A stretch of 64,000 bases of DNA from an uncultured Pirellulales bacterium (GTDB taxonomy: Bacteria > Planctomycetota > Phycisphaerae > Sedimentisphaerales > SM23-30), in contig CAZOMV010000001.1 in the NCBI GenBank assembly GCA_964580995.1, forward strand, positions 42,840 to 106,839. Direction: 5' to 3'. The notes beneath the pieces were generated by a model, which did no database searches, had not been told where the DNA came from, and saw only the letters and a list, made by a program, of their open reading frames with translations. The position numbers and the translations under genes are program-made. Of the stretch, positions 54,553 to 62,954 are shown in pieces. Numbering within the stretch: position 1 is the stretch's first letter; each line of letters starts with the position of its first letter.

Positions 54553-55065
54553 TTATTTGTTTTTACGCAAGGCTGCCACAGCCTGGCATGCAATGGCCTG
54601 GCCGGTTCCGATTTCTCCAAGCCCTTCATTGGTCTTGGCCTTTATATTCACCGCGTTCACATCCAGATTCAAGAGTTTTGCCAGATTTTCACGCATTTTC
54701 AGTTTATAATCCTTCAGTTTCGGCCGCTCCGCCAGAATCGTCGCATCGATATTAACCGGTGCATAGCCCTGCTGATGGACCAGAGCCAGGCTCTGCCGCA
54801 GCAATTGCCCGCTGTCGATCCCTTGATAAGCCGGTTCGGTATCGGGAAACTGCTCACCAATATCCGGCAGGCCGACAGCTCCCAACAGGGCGTCAATAAC
54901 GGCATGGAACACCACATCCGCATCGCTATGGCCTATAAGTCCTTTATCCGACGGGATTTGCACTCCGGCCAAAACCAGCCTGCCGCCCGGACCCAGCCGG
55001 TGCAGGTCATAACCTTGCCCTATCCGATCTATGCTCATGCTATCCTTCAAAAACGCTAATTTCAA
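54553..55065 (-). CDS. ispF: 2-C-methyl-D-erythritol 2,4-cyclodiphosphate synthase
   Basis: RIGQGYDLHRL...GHSDADVVFHA. The start may be the ATG at 55038. Confidence 0.95.
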   Translation of the reverse strand: MKLAFLKDSMSIDRIGQGYDLHRLGPGGRLVLAGVQIPSDKGLIGHSDADVVFHAVIDALLGAVGLPDIGEQFPDTEPAYQGIDSGQLLRQSLALVHQQGYAPVNIDATILAERPKLKDYKLKMRENLAKLLNLDVNAVNIKAKTNEGLGEIGTGQAIACQAVAALRKNK

Positions 55066-55457
55066 GCCGGATCAAGAGTAACAAAAAACAACGTAAAAGC
55101 AACCCCCTTGTTTTAACCCGGCTGGCGGTATGGAAAATACCATTAAACCGACCGCTTCTGCCTCTTGGCGGCTATGAATTTCCTTTTGCCCGGCGGTCTG
55201 CCGCGGGGGGAAACCGGTGTTCCCTGCAACCGAGCCGAAATCCCCTTTAAAACGACCTCTCCTCCAATCAGGACGATTGGTTGTAGGCCGGTTTGGGTAT
55301 CAACGGCTTGGAAGCATTTCAAGAAGAAACGCATAAGGATCCCCATAAGTTGCCTAAAAAGCAAGGTTTATGACTTTTCGTGGCCGTAGGGACTTTTTTG
55401 TGCTTGTCTTGATGTGCTACATATTGTATCGTTAGTAGGTACTAAGGTTTTGCATAG

Positions 55458-55496
55458 TATGCCTAACCTTCATTTTGCAAAACTTCAGTAAGTATT
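55458..55496. repeat. Copy 4 of conserved motif with TTTTGCAAAA core
   Basis: tatgcctaaccttcaTTTTGCAAAActtcagtaagtatt lies in the 537-nt ispF/FGE divergent intergenic region. Confidence 0.75.
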
Positions 55497-55602
55497 GAAA
55501 TCGACACAATATTCGGAGAAAAGCGGATATGTAAAACTTTAAGCCAAAGGGGAGTTACCTATATAATAAAAGTAAATATTTTTTATTTAGGGTAAGGGTA
55601 CT

Positions 55603-57486
55603 TTGAAAACGAAGACCAAAAGGGAAGCAGTCAAACAAAATTCATGCATTCGGAGTAATTTTTCCATGGAACAGAAAATTTCATTTTTAGGACGATGGCG
55701 GGTGTCATTTTTGGCGAGTATGGTATCCTTTTGTTTTTTGATGAGTTTTGCTTCGCCGGCTATGGCGGAATGGCAGAACGGCATTGGCGATTTAACCTAT
55801 GACTTGACGGAGTCGCTCTCCATATGGGATATCAGCGGATCGTATTCGGATGCTATTGCTACGGGAGGAATCGAGCTCGATTATGTAATTACCCAGGATG
55901 GGCGTGGGAAATTAACGGGTACCGGAAATGCCAGCACGTCGATGGGGGGTGTTGATCTTGATTTTCCAGTGGAGGTAAAGGGAACCGTAACGGTAAAGAA
56001 GGGCGTTACCTGGGTCAAGATGACTCTGAATGGGAAAGGAACGGCTTTATACGAAGGCAAATTGAAAAATTATATTTTTTCCGAGAAAGTGAAAGCGCAG
56101 GTCGATCCGAATAGCCAAACGCTCATGGGAACTGCCCAGGTGCGCGTATCGGCTCTGGGACATACGCAAAAAGCAACCGAAATCTTTGAGAAATCGTTGC
56201 CGGAGGATATGGACGGAGCGTCCCTGCTGAGCCTGAGTTGTGCTGCCAACGGTAAGAAAATAGGGGGGACGGCAGATATGACGCTATCCAATGGGGAAAG
56301 CTACGGGTTTTCCGTGAGCGGGAAATACAATGCCAAGACCGATGCCTGTACCCTTTCATTAAAAGGGAACACCCGGGGCCCCCGGCTGAAGCTCAAAGTG
56401 GATGGCAGCGATGGCAACATCAATATTCTAGTAGGAAAGGTGGCAGGGCAAAAATTGATCGGTTATAACATCCTGCCGGCCAGCGGCGATCCCAATGAGA
56501 ATTTACCCGCGGATATGGTTCACATCCCCGCAGGGACATTTTCAATGGGGGATTCGTTTGCGGAAGGGAATCCGGACGAACTGCCGGTTCGTGCGGTAAC
56601 GTTGGATGCCTTCGCGATGGGTAAATATGAGATCACCAATGGGCAGTACTGTACGTATCTGAATTCAGCCCTCGCCCAAGGCTTGATTGCCGTGACCGGC
56701 GGCGTGGTGTATCAGGCGGAAACCGGGACCAGTTTTCCGTATTGTGATACGTCAGCATTTAATACCCTCAGCCAGATTGCCTACGAGAGCGGGGTCTTTA
56801 CGGTGCGTACCAAGGGGGGCCGCGATATGGCGGAGGATCCGATGGTAATGGTCAGTTGGTACGGGGCGGCGGCCTATTGCAACTGGCGGAGCCAGCAGGA
56901 AGATCGCCCGTTGTGTTATGATCCAAACACGTGGAGTTGTGATTTCAGTCAAATGGGCTATCGCCTGGCAACGGAAGCGGAATGGGAATATGCATCACGC
57001 GGCGGCTTGACCGGCAAACGTTTCCCGTGGGGGGATACCATTTCTCAAACGCAGGCCGATTTTTACAGCAGTTCTTCCTATGATTATGATGTCAGCTCGG
57101 TCAAGGATCAATTTCACTTCCTCTGGAACGATGAAGATTATCCTGCTACCGCGCCGGTGGGTTTTTTTGATGGTGGGATCAAATACAAGTCAAATTATCA
57201 TTGGGCAGGCAGCGTCGCCAGCTATCAAACAGCCGATGGCCGCAATCCATACGGTCTATTTGATATGGCAGGCAATGTCTTTGAGTGGTGCAATGACTGG
57301 TATGATGGGTATGGTTCCACCCCGCAGACCAATCCCACCGGCCCTGCTAGTGGAACGAATTGTGTTCTGCGCGGCGGCAGTTGGAACAGCACGGCCGTCG
57401 TCTGCCGCGTGGCGTACCGCATCAACTATATTCCGTCCAACCGGGGCGTCAGCTACGGTTTTCGGTTGGTCCTGGATTTTCAGTAA
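55603..57486 (+). CDS. Secreted protein: unknown N-terminal domain + C-terminal formylglycine-generating-enzyme (FGE/SUMF1) fold domain
   Basis: C-terminal motifs: MVHIPAGTFSMGD, VSWYGAAAYCNW, YRLATEAEWEYASRGG, GNVFEWCNDWY, LRGGSW. The signal peptide starts at the internal MEQKISFLG...SPAMA (ATG at about 55666). Confidence 0.8.
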   Translation: MKTKTKREAVKQNSCIRSNFSMEQKISFLGRWRVSFLASMVSFCFLMSFASPAMAEWQNGIGDLTYDLTESLSIWDISGSYSDAIATGGIELDYVITQDGRGKLTGTGNASTSMGGVDLDFPVEVKGTVTVKKGVTWVKMTLNGKGTALYEGKLKNYIFSEKVKAQVDPNSQTLMGTAQVRVSALGHTQKATEIFEKSLPEDMDGASLLSLSCAANGKKIGGTADMTLSNGESYGFSVSGKYNAKTDACTLSLKGNTRGPRLKLKVDGSDGNINILVGKVAGQKLIGYNILPASGDPNENLPADMVHIPAGTFSMGDSFAEGNPDELPVRAVTLDAFAMGKYEITNGQYCTYLNSALAQGLIAVTGGVVYQAETGTSFPYCDTSAFNTLSQIAYESGVFTVRTKGGRDMAEDPMVMVSWYGAAAYCNWRSQQEDRPLCYDPNTWSCDFSQMGYRLATEAEWEYASRGGLTGKRFPWGDTISQTQADFYSSSSYDYDVSSVKDQFHFLWNDEDYPATAPVGFFDGGIKYKSNYHWAGSVASYQTADGRNPYGLFDMAGNVFEWCNDWYDGYGSTPQTNPTGPASGTNCVLRGGSWNSTAVVCRVAYRINYIPSNRGVSYGFRLVLDFQ

Positions 57487-57760
57487 TCCTTTGCTCTTTT
57501 CCCCTATAAGCAGTACATGGGGTTTACTGAAAAAGTCACAAATTGGACGGAACCGCCAAAAGTCGTTATTGGCTTCCAAAAACGGTTCTGGCTCCCCAAT
57601 AACCAGGGGACAACGAGCGTTTGACGCTGGCGTCAATTTTACCTGAAAAACGCGGTGGAAAATAGAATCCCTTCTTATGGGATTTCCTTTTGCCCCCTGG
57701 CGAATACGAGGTTAAAATAAAGTTGATATTTGTTACTTCATGGCAGGCTGATGTTTATGG

Positions 57761-58099
57761 ATGGAAAGAATAAAAACAGGAAAAGGTATGACGCATATCA
57801 TAGAGCAAAATAAACAAAAACTGATCGATATATGCCGAAAGTATCATGTCAATACACTGGATGTGTTCGGCTCTGCGGCAACCGGTGACTTTGATGAACG
57901 CACCAGTGATATCGATTTATTGGTCGAATTCGATAGTTCGGTGGGGACGAACCGTTTTGATAATTATTTTGCCTTGCTGGAGGAGTTAAAGAGCCTTTTT
58001 CAGCGCCCGGTTGATCTGGTTGAACCGGGAGGGCTTAGGAATCCTTATTTTATTGATTCGGTCAATGACACCAGGAGAACGATCTATGCCGCTTCGTAA
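57761..58099 (+). CDS. mntA: Nucleotidyltransferase-fold antitoxin (MntA-like)
   Basis: VFGSAATGDFDERTSDIDLLVEF. Likely ATG at 57788. It overlaps the downstream HEPN gene by 14 nt. Confidence 0.8.
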   Translation: MERIKTGKGMTHIIEQNKQKLIDICRKYHVNTLDVFGSAATGDFDERTSDIDLLVEFDSSVGTNRFDNYFALLEELKSLFQRPVDLVEPGGLRNPYFIDSVNDTRRTIYAAS

Positions 58100-58421
58100 C
58101 CCCCAAAAGTATCTTTACGATATTGTGGACTGTTGCGAATTTATCCTGGATTTTACCAAAGGGAAAACCGTTGAGGACTATAAAAAGGATAGAATGTTCC
58201 GGTCTGCCCTGGAGAGGGAATTGCAAATTATTGGGGAGGCAATGCTTCAGCTCCATAATTCCAACCCGGAGTCTGCAAAGAAAATAGCTCAACATCGCAA
58301 TATTATTGGTTTTCGGCATGTTCTGGTTCATGGGTATGACAGCCTGGATCCCGATACCGTTTGGAATGTGGTTGAGACAAAGTTGGATGATCTCCTTAAA
58401 CAGGCAAAACAACTGCTTTGA
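58086..58421 (+). CDS. hepT: HEPN-domain toxin (DUF86, HepT-like)
   Basis: RxxxxH motif in IGFRHVLVHGY. 111 aa from the ATG at 58086. Confidence 0.8.
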   Translation: MPLRNPQKYLYDIVDCCEFILDFTKGKTVEDYKKDRMFRSALERELQIIGEAMLQLHNSNPESAKKIAQHRNIIGFRHVLVHGYDSLDPDTVWNVVETKLDDLLKQAKQLL

Positions 58422-58581
58422 GAGGGGATAAGAGGGGATGAGGGGGCCACAAGATAACATAAACTTTTGCGCAATTCTGAACGATGATATATAAATGGAT
58501 TCTTTACTTGGCAGTAAAGATCGGTTATCATAATAAATTACATAAATTTTTGCGTTTGAAATACTTAGAGATGCGGAGACG

Positions 58582-59274
58582 GTGATGACAAACTATGAAA
58601 GTTTTGCCCAGGAAACCTGGCGGGTCTTCCGGATTATGGCGGAATTTGTGGAAGGCTTCGATGAACTGAGCAAGCTGGGACCAGCGGTTTCCATCTTTGG
58701 CTCTGCCCGAACGAAAGCGGATAGCCCATATTACATTCTGGCTGAACATACTGCGGCACAATTAGTTAAGGCAGGATACGCCATTATCACCGGCGGCGGT
58801 CCCGGCATTATGGAAGCCGCCAATAAAGGGGCCTACCAGCAGGGCGGACGCAGCGTCGGGCTGAATATCCAGATCCCGGAAGAACAGGTTGCCAATAAGT
58901 TTCAAAATCTTTCGCTGGATTTCCGTTATTTTTTCGCCCGTAAAATGATGTTTACCAAATATGCTCATGCCTTTGTCATTTTTCCAGGCGGATTCGGCAC
59001 GATGGATGAGTTTTTTGAGGCCCTGACCCTGATCCAGACCCTGAAAATGTCGCGGTTCCCCGTTATTCTGGTGGGGGTCCGTTTCTGGCAGGGCCTGCTG
59101 GACTGGATTAAAAATTCGATGCTCCGGGAAGGTTGTATCCGCAAAGAGGACATGGATCTCTATATGTTGACCGATGATGCGGACGAAATTCTGGATATCA
59201 TCGAAAAATCCGAAGGGAAAAAATGGGTGGAGCCTTCCGGTGTCGTCACGTACCGGAACAACCATGCCAAGTAA
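58582..59274 (+). CDS. LOG-family (TIGR00730-type) nucleotide 5'-monophosphate nucleosidase
   Basis: ITGGGPGIMEAANKGA and PGGFGTMDEFFE motifs. Confidence 0.85.
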   Translation: MMTNYESFAQETWRVFRIMAEFVEGFDELSKLGPAVSIFGSARTKADSPYYILAEHTAAQLVKAGYAIITGGGPGIMEAANKGAYQQGGRSVGLNIQIPEEQVANKFQNLSLDFRYFFARKMMFTKYAHAFVIFPGGFGTMDEFFEALTLIQTLKMSRFPVILVGVRFWQGLLDWIKNSMLREGCIRKEDMDLYMLTDDADEILDIIEKSEGKKWVEPSGVVTYRNNHAK

Positions 59275-59280
59275 AATGGT

Positions 59281-59308
59281 TCTTGGTAGGGTGGGTTCTT
59301 AACCCACC
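59281..59308 (+). repeat. REP-like 28-nt element, copy 1 (tcttggtagggtgggttcttaacccacc)
   Basis: Exact 28-nt match to 60197-60224. It contains an 8-bp stem (GGTGGGTT ctt AACCCACC). A related unit, TGGTAGGGT plus a hairpin (gtcggcaacttgcttgccgac), follows at 59312-59340. Confidence 0.9.
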
Positions 59309-59382
59309 AGAATGGTAGGGTCGGCAACTTGCTTGCCGACGCGGTTTATTTTTAAAACCCCGCCCGTAAGAGCGGGGGTAAT

Positions 59383-60132
59383 TTGGATGTATTTATAAGG
59401 TTTAGTATGGATATCTTTCCCGCGATAGATTTACGGGCCGGCAAATGTGTGCGGCTTTTGCAAGGAGATTACGATCGGCAGATTGATTACCGGGATAATC
59501 CCCTCGCTCAGGCCCAGGATTTTGAAGCCGATGGAGCCGAATGGCTCCATGTGGTGGATCTCGATGGCGCCCTGCATGGCTCGATGCAGAATCTGGCGGT
59601 GATCAAAAAGATCGTCTCTGCGACCCATTTGAAAGTCCAGGTTGGCGGCGGTATCCGCGAGGAATCGGTAATTGCGGAACTGCTGGAAAACGGGGTAAAG
59701 CAGGTGGTGGTGGGAACCCGGGCGTTAGAGGATATTCAGTGGTTTGAGCATCTGGCGAAAAAACACGATTTTGCCCATCGGATGGTTTTGGGGCTGGATG
59801 CCCGGGATGGCCGGATCGCGACTCGCGGCTGGACTCAGAGCGGAAAAGCCACCGTATTGGAAATGGCGGCATTGGTCAACAAATGGCCGCTGGCGGCCAT
59901 CGTCTATACCGATATCGCCTGTGACGGGATGCTCAAAGGCCCGAATATTGAGATGACCCGCCAGCTTGCCCAGAGCTGTTCCGTCCCCGTCATCGCTTCC
60001 GGCGGGGTCGGCTGCCTGACCGATATCGAAAATCTGGCCCAACTCCCCCTCCGCGGCATCATTGTCGGCCGGGCTTTATACGAAGGTAAATTCACCATGA
60101 AAGAAGCACTCACCGCCGTTGAAACGGCATAG
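59383..60132 (+). CDS. hisA: 1-(5-phosphoribosyl)-5-[(5-phosphoribosylamino)methylideneamino]imidazole-4-carboxamide isomerase
   Basis: IFPAIDLRAGKCVRL, VGGGIR, ASGGV. Likely ATG at 59407. Confidence 0.93.
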   Translation: MDVFIRFSMDIFPAIDLRAGKCVRLLQGDYDRQIDYRDNPLAQAQDFEADGAEWLHVVDLDGALHGSMQNLAVIKKIVSATHLKVQVGGGIREESVIAELLENGVKQVVVGTRALEDIQWFEHLAKKHDFAHRMVLGLDARDGRIATRGWTQSGKATVLEMAALVNKWPLAAIVYTDIACDGMLKGPNIEMTRQLAQSCSVPVIASGGVGCLTDIENLAQLPLRGIIVGRALYEGKFTMKEALTAVETA

Positions 60133-60196
60133 TAAGGTGTTTAACTGGGTTGCATATCCGGGTATCGTAATTGTGCCACGGCCATTCTGGCCGTGC

Positions 60197-60224
60197 TCTT
60201 GGTAGGGTGGGTTCTTAACCCACC
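60197..60224 (+). repeat. REP-like 28-nt element, copy 2
   Basis: Exact direct repeat of 59281-59308, preceded by another hairpin (cacggccattctggccgtg). Confidence 0.9.
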
Positions 60225-60317
60225 GTCCTTTCTCATCGCCTTGGCGCCTTCGCGGGCAAAAATATTATATCTCCTGCCAAGGCGGAAAGGAAAGAAGTGT
60301 TTAACGGAAATATATAA

Positions 60318-60776
60318 ATAGAAACTGAAATTTATAAAAAAATAGTTGGTTACGAGAAGCTGGTCGAAATATTTGGACATTGGCCCTCTTTCCATGATGC
60401 GGAAATTATTACTATTTCCTTAAATCGAAGCGGAGAAGATAAAGGGGCAGGCCCCGCGGCTTTGATAAAAGTACATGTTTTCCAAATGGGACCGGACCAG
60501 GAAAATGGTGGAAAAGAATTTGTTTTTCAATGTCATACCGTGGTTACTTTCCGGTTTGCCAATATAAAGAATCTGGAACTCTGGGATTTCAATAATCAAA
60601 ATGTAATCTTTAGTTTGAATATTTCTGAAAAAAAGGATGAAGAAAGAAAAACACATGTTTTTAACGTACATTTTGCATCGAGCTATGGTGCAGGTTGTTC
60701 TTTTGAATGTAATAGCATAGAAATTGTTGATTTAGAAAAAGGAATTCCTTTATATAGTGTATATAATGAGGGGTAG
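60318..60776 (+). CDS. Imm50-like polymorphic-toxin immunity protein, orphan, no canonical start codon
   Basis: The open frame after TAA (60315-17) reads ...EKLVEIFGHWPSFHDAEIITISL...IKVHVFQM...VVTFRFANIKNLELWDFNNQNVIF. From memory this matches the Imm50 pattern (FGxWPSFHDAE, hVFEM, FNxQN). The first canonical start (TTG at 60462) would delete the conserved N-terminus. The segment is very AT-rich. Confidence 0.55.
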   Translation: METEIYKKIVGYEKLVEIFGHWPSFHDAEIITISLNRSGEDKGAGPAALIKVHVFQMGPDQENGGKEFVFQCHTVVTFRFANIKNLELWDFNNQNVIFSLNISEKKDEERKTHVFNVHFASSYGAGCSFECNSIEIVDLEKGIPLYSVYNEG

Positions 60777-60812
60777 TGATTCGTTTGATATAATCACGAA
60801 TATGGAAATCCT

Positions 60813-61262
60813 ATGCGAGCCGTAATCCAAAGAGTATCAAATGCCAAAGTGGAAGTGGACGGTCGGACTGTCGGCGTGATTGAAGGGGGGCTGGTGGTGT
60901 ATTTGAGCATCGGCAAAGAGGACACCCTCGATGATGTCGTCTTCATGGCTGAAAAAATCATCAACCTGCGTATTTTCGCCGATCTGGAAGGAAAGATGAA
61001 CCTGAGTGTCCAGGATGTCAGTGGGGCGATACTGCTGATCAGCCAGTTCACTCTGCATGGCGATTGCCGCAAGGGCCGCCGCCCCGGCTTCGACCAGTCC
61101 GCCCCGCCCGAGCTGGCCCGCCGGTTGTATGAACAAACCATTGATTTAATCCGCCAGCAGGGTATAAAGGTGGAAACTGGCACCTTCGCCGCTCACATGC
61201 ACGTAACAAGCACCAACGACGGCCCCGTAACATTCCTGCTCGACAGCAAACGGCTCTTTTAA
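60813..61262 (+). CDS. dtd: D-aminoacyl-tRNA deacylase
   Basis: MRAVIQRV...SQFTLHGD...GRRPGF. Confidence 0.95.
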   Translation: MRAVIQRVSNAKVEVDGRTVGVIEGGLVVYLSIGKEDTLDDVVFMAEKIINLRIFADLEGKMNLSVQDVSGAILLISQFTLHGDCRKGRRPGFDQSAPPELARRLYEQTIDLIRQQGIKVETGTFAAHMHVTSTNDGPVTFLLDSKRLF

Positions 61263-61271
61263 GGAATAAAA

Positions 61272-62810
61272 ATGACCTATTTGGCGGTTCCCATTTGTGC
61301 AAAAGACCAACAGGAAGTATCAAAGGCAATCGAGCAGGTCCGCACCGCTGGTGCCGAACTGCTGGAACTGCGCCTCGATTTTCTCGCTACCCCAACTCCC
61401 GAAACCATTCGCCAGCTTGTCACCGAAGCGGAAAAATCCAACCTGCCCATCATCGCCACCTGCCGCCCAGCCTGGGAAGGGGGCCAATACCCCGCCGACG
61501 AGCCATCCCGCGAGGCAATCCTTACTACCGCCGCCCGCGCCGGGGCTGACTATGTCGATATCGAACTGATCGCCCTGGAACAAAACCAAATCCATCGCGA
61601 GAACATACTCACCGATACCAACACCAAACTCATCGTCAGCAGCCACGATTTCCGCGAAAAACCTGCCGACCTCGCTGGCCGCTGGCGGCGCATCCAGCGG
61701 CAAAATCCCGACATCGGCAAGCTGGTGTACATGGCCAACCGCATCACCGACAATTTCGCCGCCCTGGATTTACTGCACGAGAATCCCGGCTCCATCATCC
61801 TGACTATGGGCGAGGCCGGCCAGCTCGGCCGACTGCTCGCCAAAAAGCTGGGCGGCTTCCTCACCTTCGCCAGCCTCACCTCCGGTGCCGAGTCCGCCCC
61901 CGGGCAGATTACGGCCCGCCAGATGCTGGACACCTTCCGCTGGCCCGCCGTCAGCGCCGCCACCCGCCTTTACGGCGTCATCGGCTGCCCCGTGGCCCAT
62001 TCGATGAGTCCGGCTATCCATAACGCGGCCTTTGCGGAAACGGGGTATAATGGCATTTACCTGCCGCTGCGGGTAGAAGACACCCCGGATGAGTTTGACC
62101 GTTTTATCGAGGGAATAACCGATCGAAGTTGGCTGGATTTTCACGGCTTGAGCGTCACCATCCCGCACAAACACCATGCCCTGGCGTTTGCGAAAAAACA
62201 GGGCGGTTTTCTCGAACCGTTAGCGGAGAAGATCGGAGCGGTCAATACGCTGATTCTGAATAAAAATGGGCTGTGGAAGGGCTATAATACCGATTATGCC
62301 GGGGCGATGCAGGCGTTATCGGAGGTGCTGGGATTGGAAAGGCCTGATTTTTGCGGAATGCCTGCCGCGGTGATCGGGGCGGGCGGGGTCGCGCGGGCGA
62401 TGGTGGCGGGTTTGACCGATACCGGCGCTCAGGTGACGATTATCAATCGCACGGTAGAAAAGGCCCGGCAACTGGCAGGTGAATTCGGCTGCCGGTGGTC
62501 TGCTTTGCAGGACCTGAACCGCCTGGATGCCCGGTTGGTGGTCAACTGCACCAGTATCGGTATGCTGCCGGATGTTGCCGGTATGCCGCTGCCTGCCGGA
62601 TTGCTGCGAAAGGACATGCTGGTATTCGATACGGTTTATAATCCCATGGATACCATGCTGTTACGGCAAGCCCGGCAGGCGGGGGCGAAAACCGTAGATG
62701 GGGTCAGCATGTTTGTCAACCAGGCGGCGATTCAGTTTGAGCTTTTTACCGGCCAGCCGGCCCCAGCGGCCTTAATGCGGCAGGTGGTAATAAACCGATT
62801 GCGGCAATAA
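61272..62810 (+). CDS. aroDE: Bifunctional 3-dehydroquinate dehydratase (type I) / shikimate 5-dehydrogenase
   Basis: The N-terminal half is AroD-like (ELRLDFL, SSHDF). The C-terminal half is AroE-like (YGVIGCPVAHSMSPAIHNAAF, NTDY, GAGGVARA). Confidence 0.9.
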   Translation: MTYLAVPICAKDQQEVSKAIEQVRTAGAELLELRLDFLATPTPETIRQLVTEAEKSNLPIIATCRPAWEGGQYPADEPSREAILTTAARAGADYVDIELIALEQNQIHRENILTDTNTKLIVSSHDFREKPADLAGRWRRIQRQNPDIGKLVYMANRITDNFAALDLLHENPGSIILTMGEAGQLGRLLAKKLGGFLTFASLTSGAESAPGQITARQMLDTFRWPAVSAATRLYGVIGCPVAHSMSPAIHNAAFAETGYNGIYLPLRVEDTPDEFDRFIEGITDRSWLDFHGLSVTIPHKHHALAFAKKQGGFLEPLAEKIGAVNTLILNKNGLWKGYNTDYAGAMQALSEVLGLERPDFCGMPAAVIGAGGVARAMVAGLTDTGAQVTIINRTVEKARQLAGEFGCRWSALQDLNRLDARLVVNCTSIGMLPDVAGMPLPAGLLRKDMLVFDTVYNPMDTMLLRQARQAGAKTVDGVSMFVNQAAIQFELFTGQPAPAALMRQVVINRLRQ

Positions 62811-62862
62811 TATGCCGGATCCGGTGGAATTGTGGGTATTGCCAATCAGGTCGGATAGGGGA

Positions 62863-62891
62863 TTGACCATCCTAAATTTTCATGGTATAAT
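62863..62891 (+). promoter_or_regulatory. Near-consensus sigma70 promoter with extended -10 (TTGACC-17-TATAAT; the last three spacer bases are TGG)
   Basis: TTGACC at 62863-62868, TGG at 62883-85, TATAAT at 62886-62891. About 64 nt upstream of the next ATG. Confidence 0.6.
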
Positions 62892-62954
62892 AAATTATAG
62901 CCGATCAAGTAGATAACGTTCGATTCCGGGCGTGAATGAGAATGGAGAAATGAG

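Noticed and set aside
55143-55389. 73-aa (minus) and 74-aa (plus) ORFs in the ispF upstream region
   Set aside because: They are mutually antisense, have no SD and no recognisable motifs, and show biased composition. I treat the area as non-coding or unknown.
60141-60395. 84-aa minus-strand ORF downstream of hisA
   Set aside because: It spans the REP-like hairpin copy and AT-rich spacer. It is a likely artefact of translating repeat DNA.
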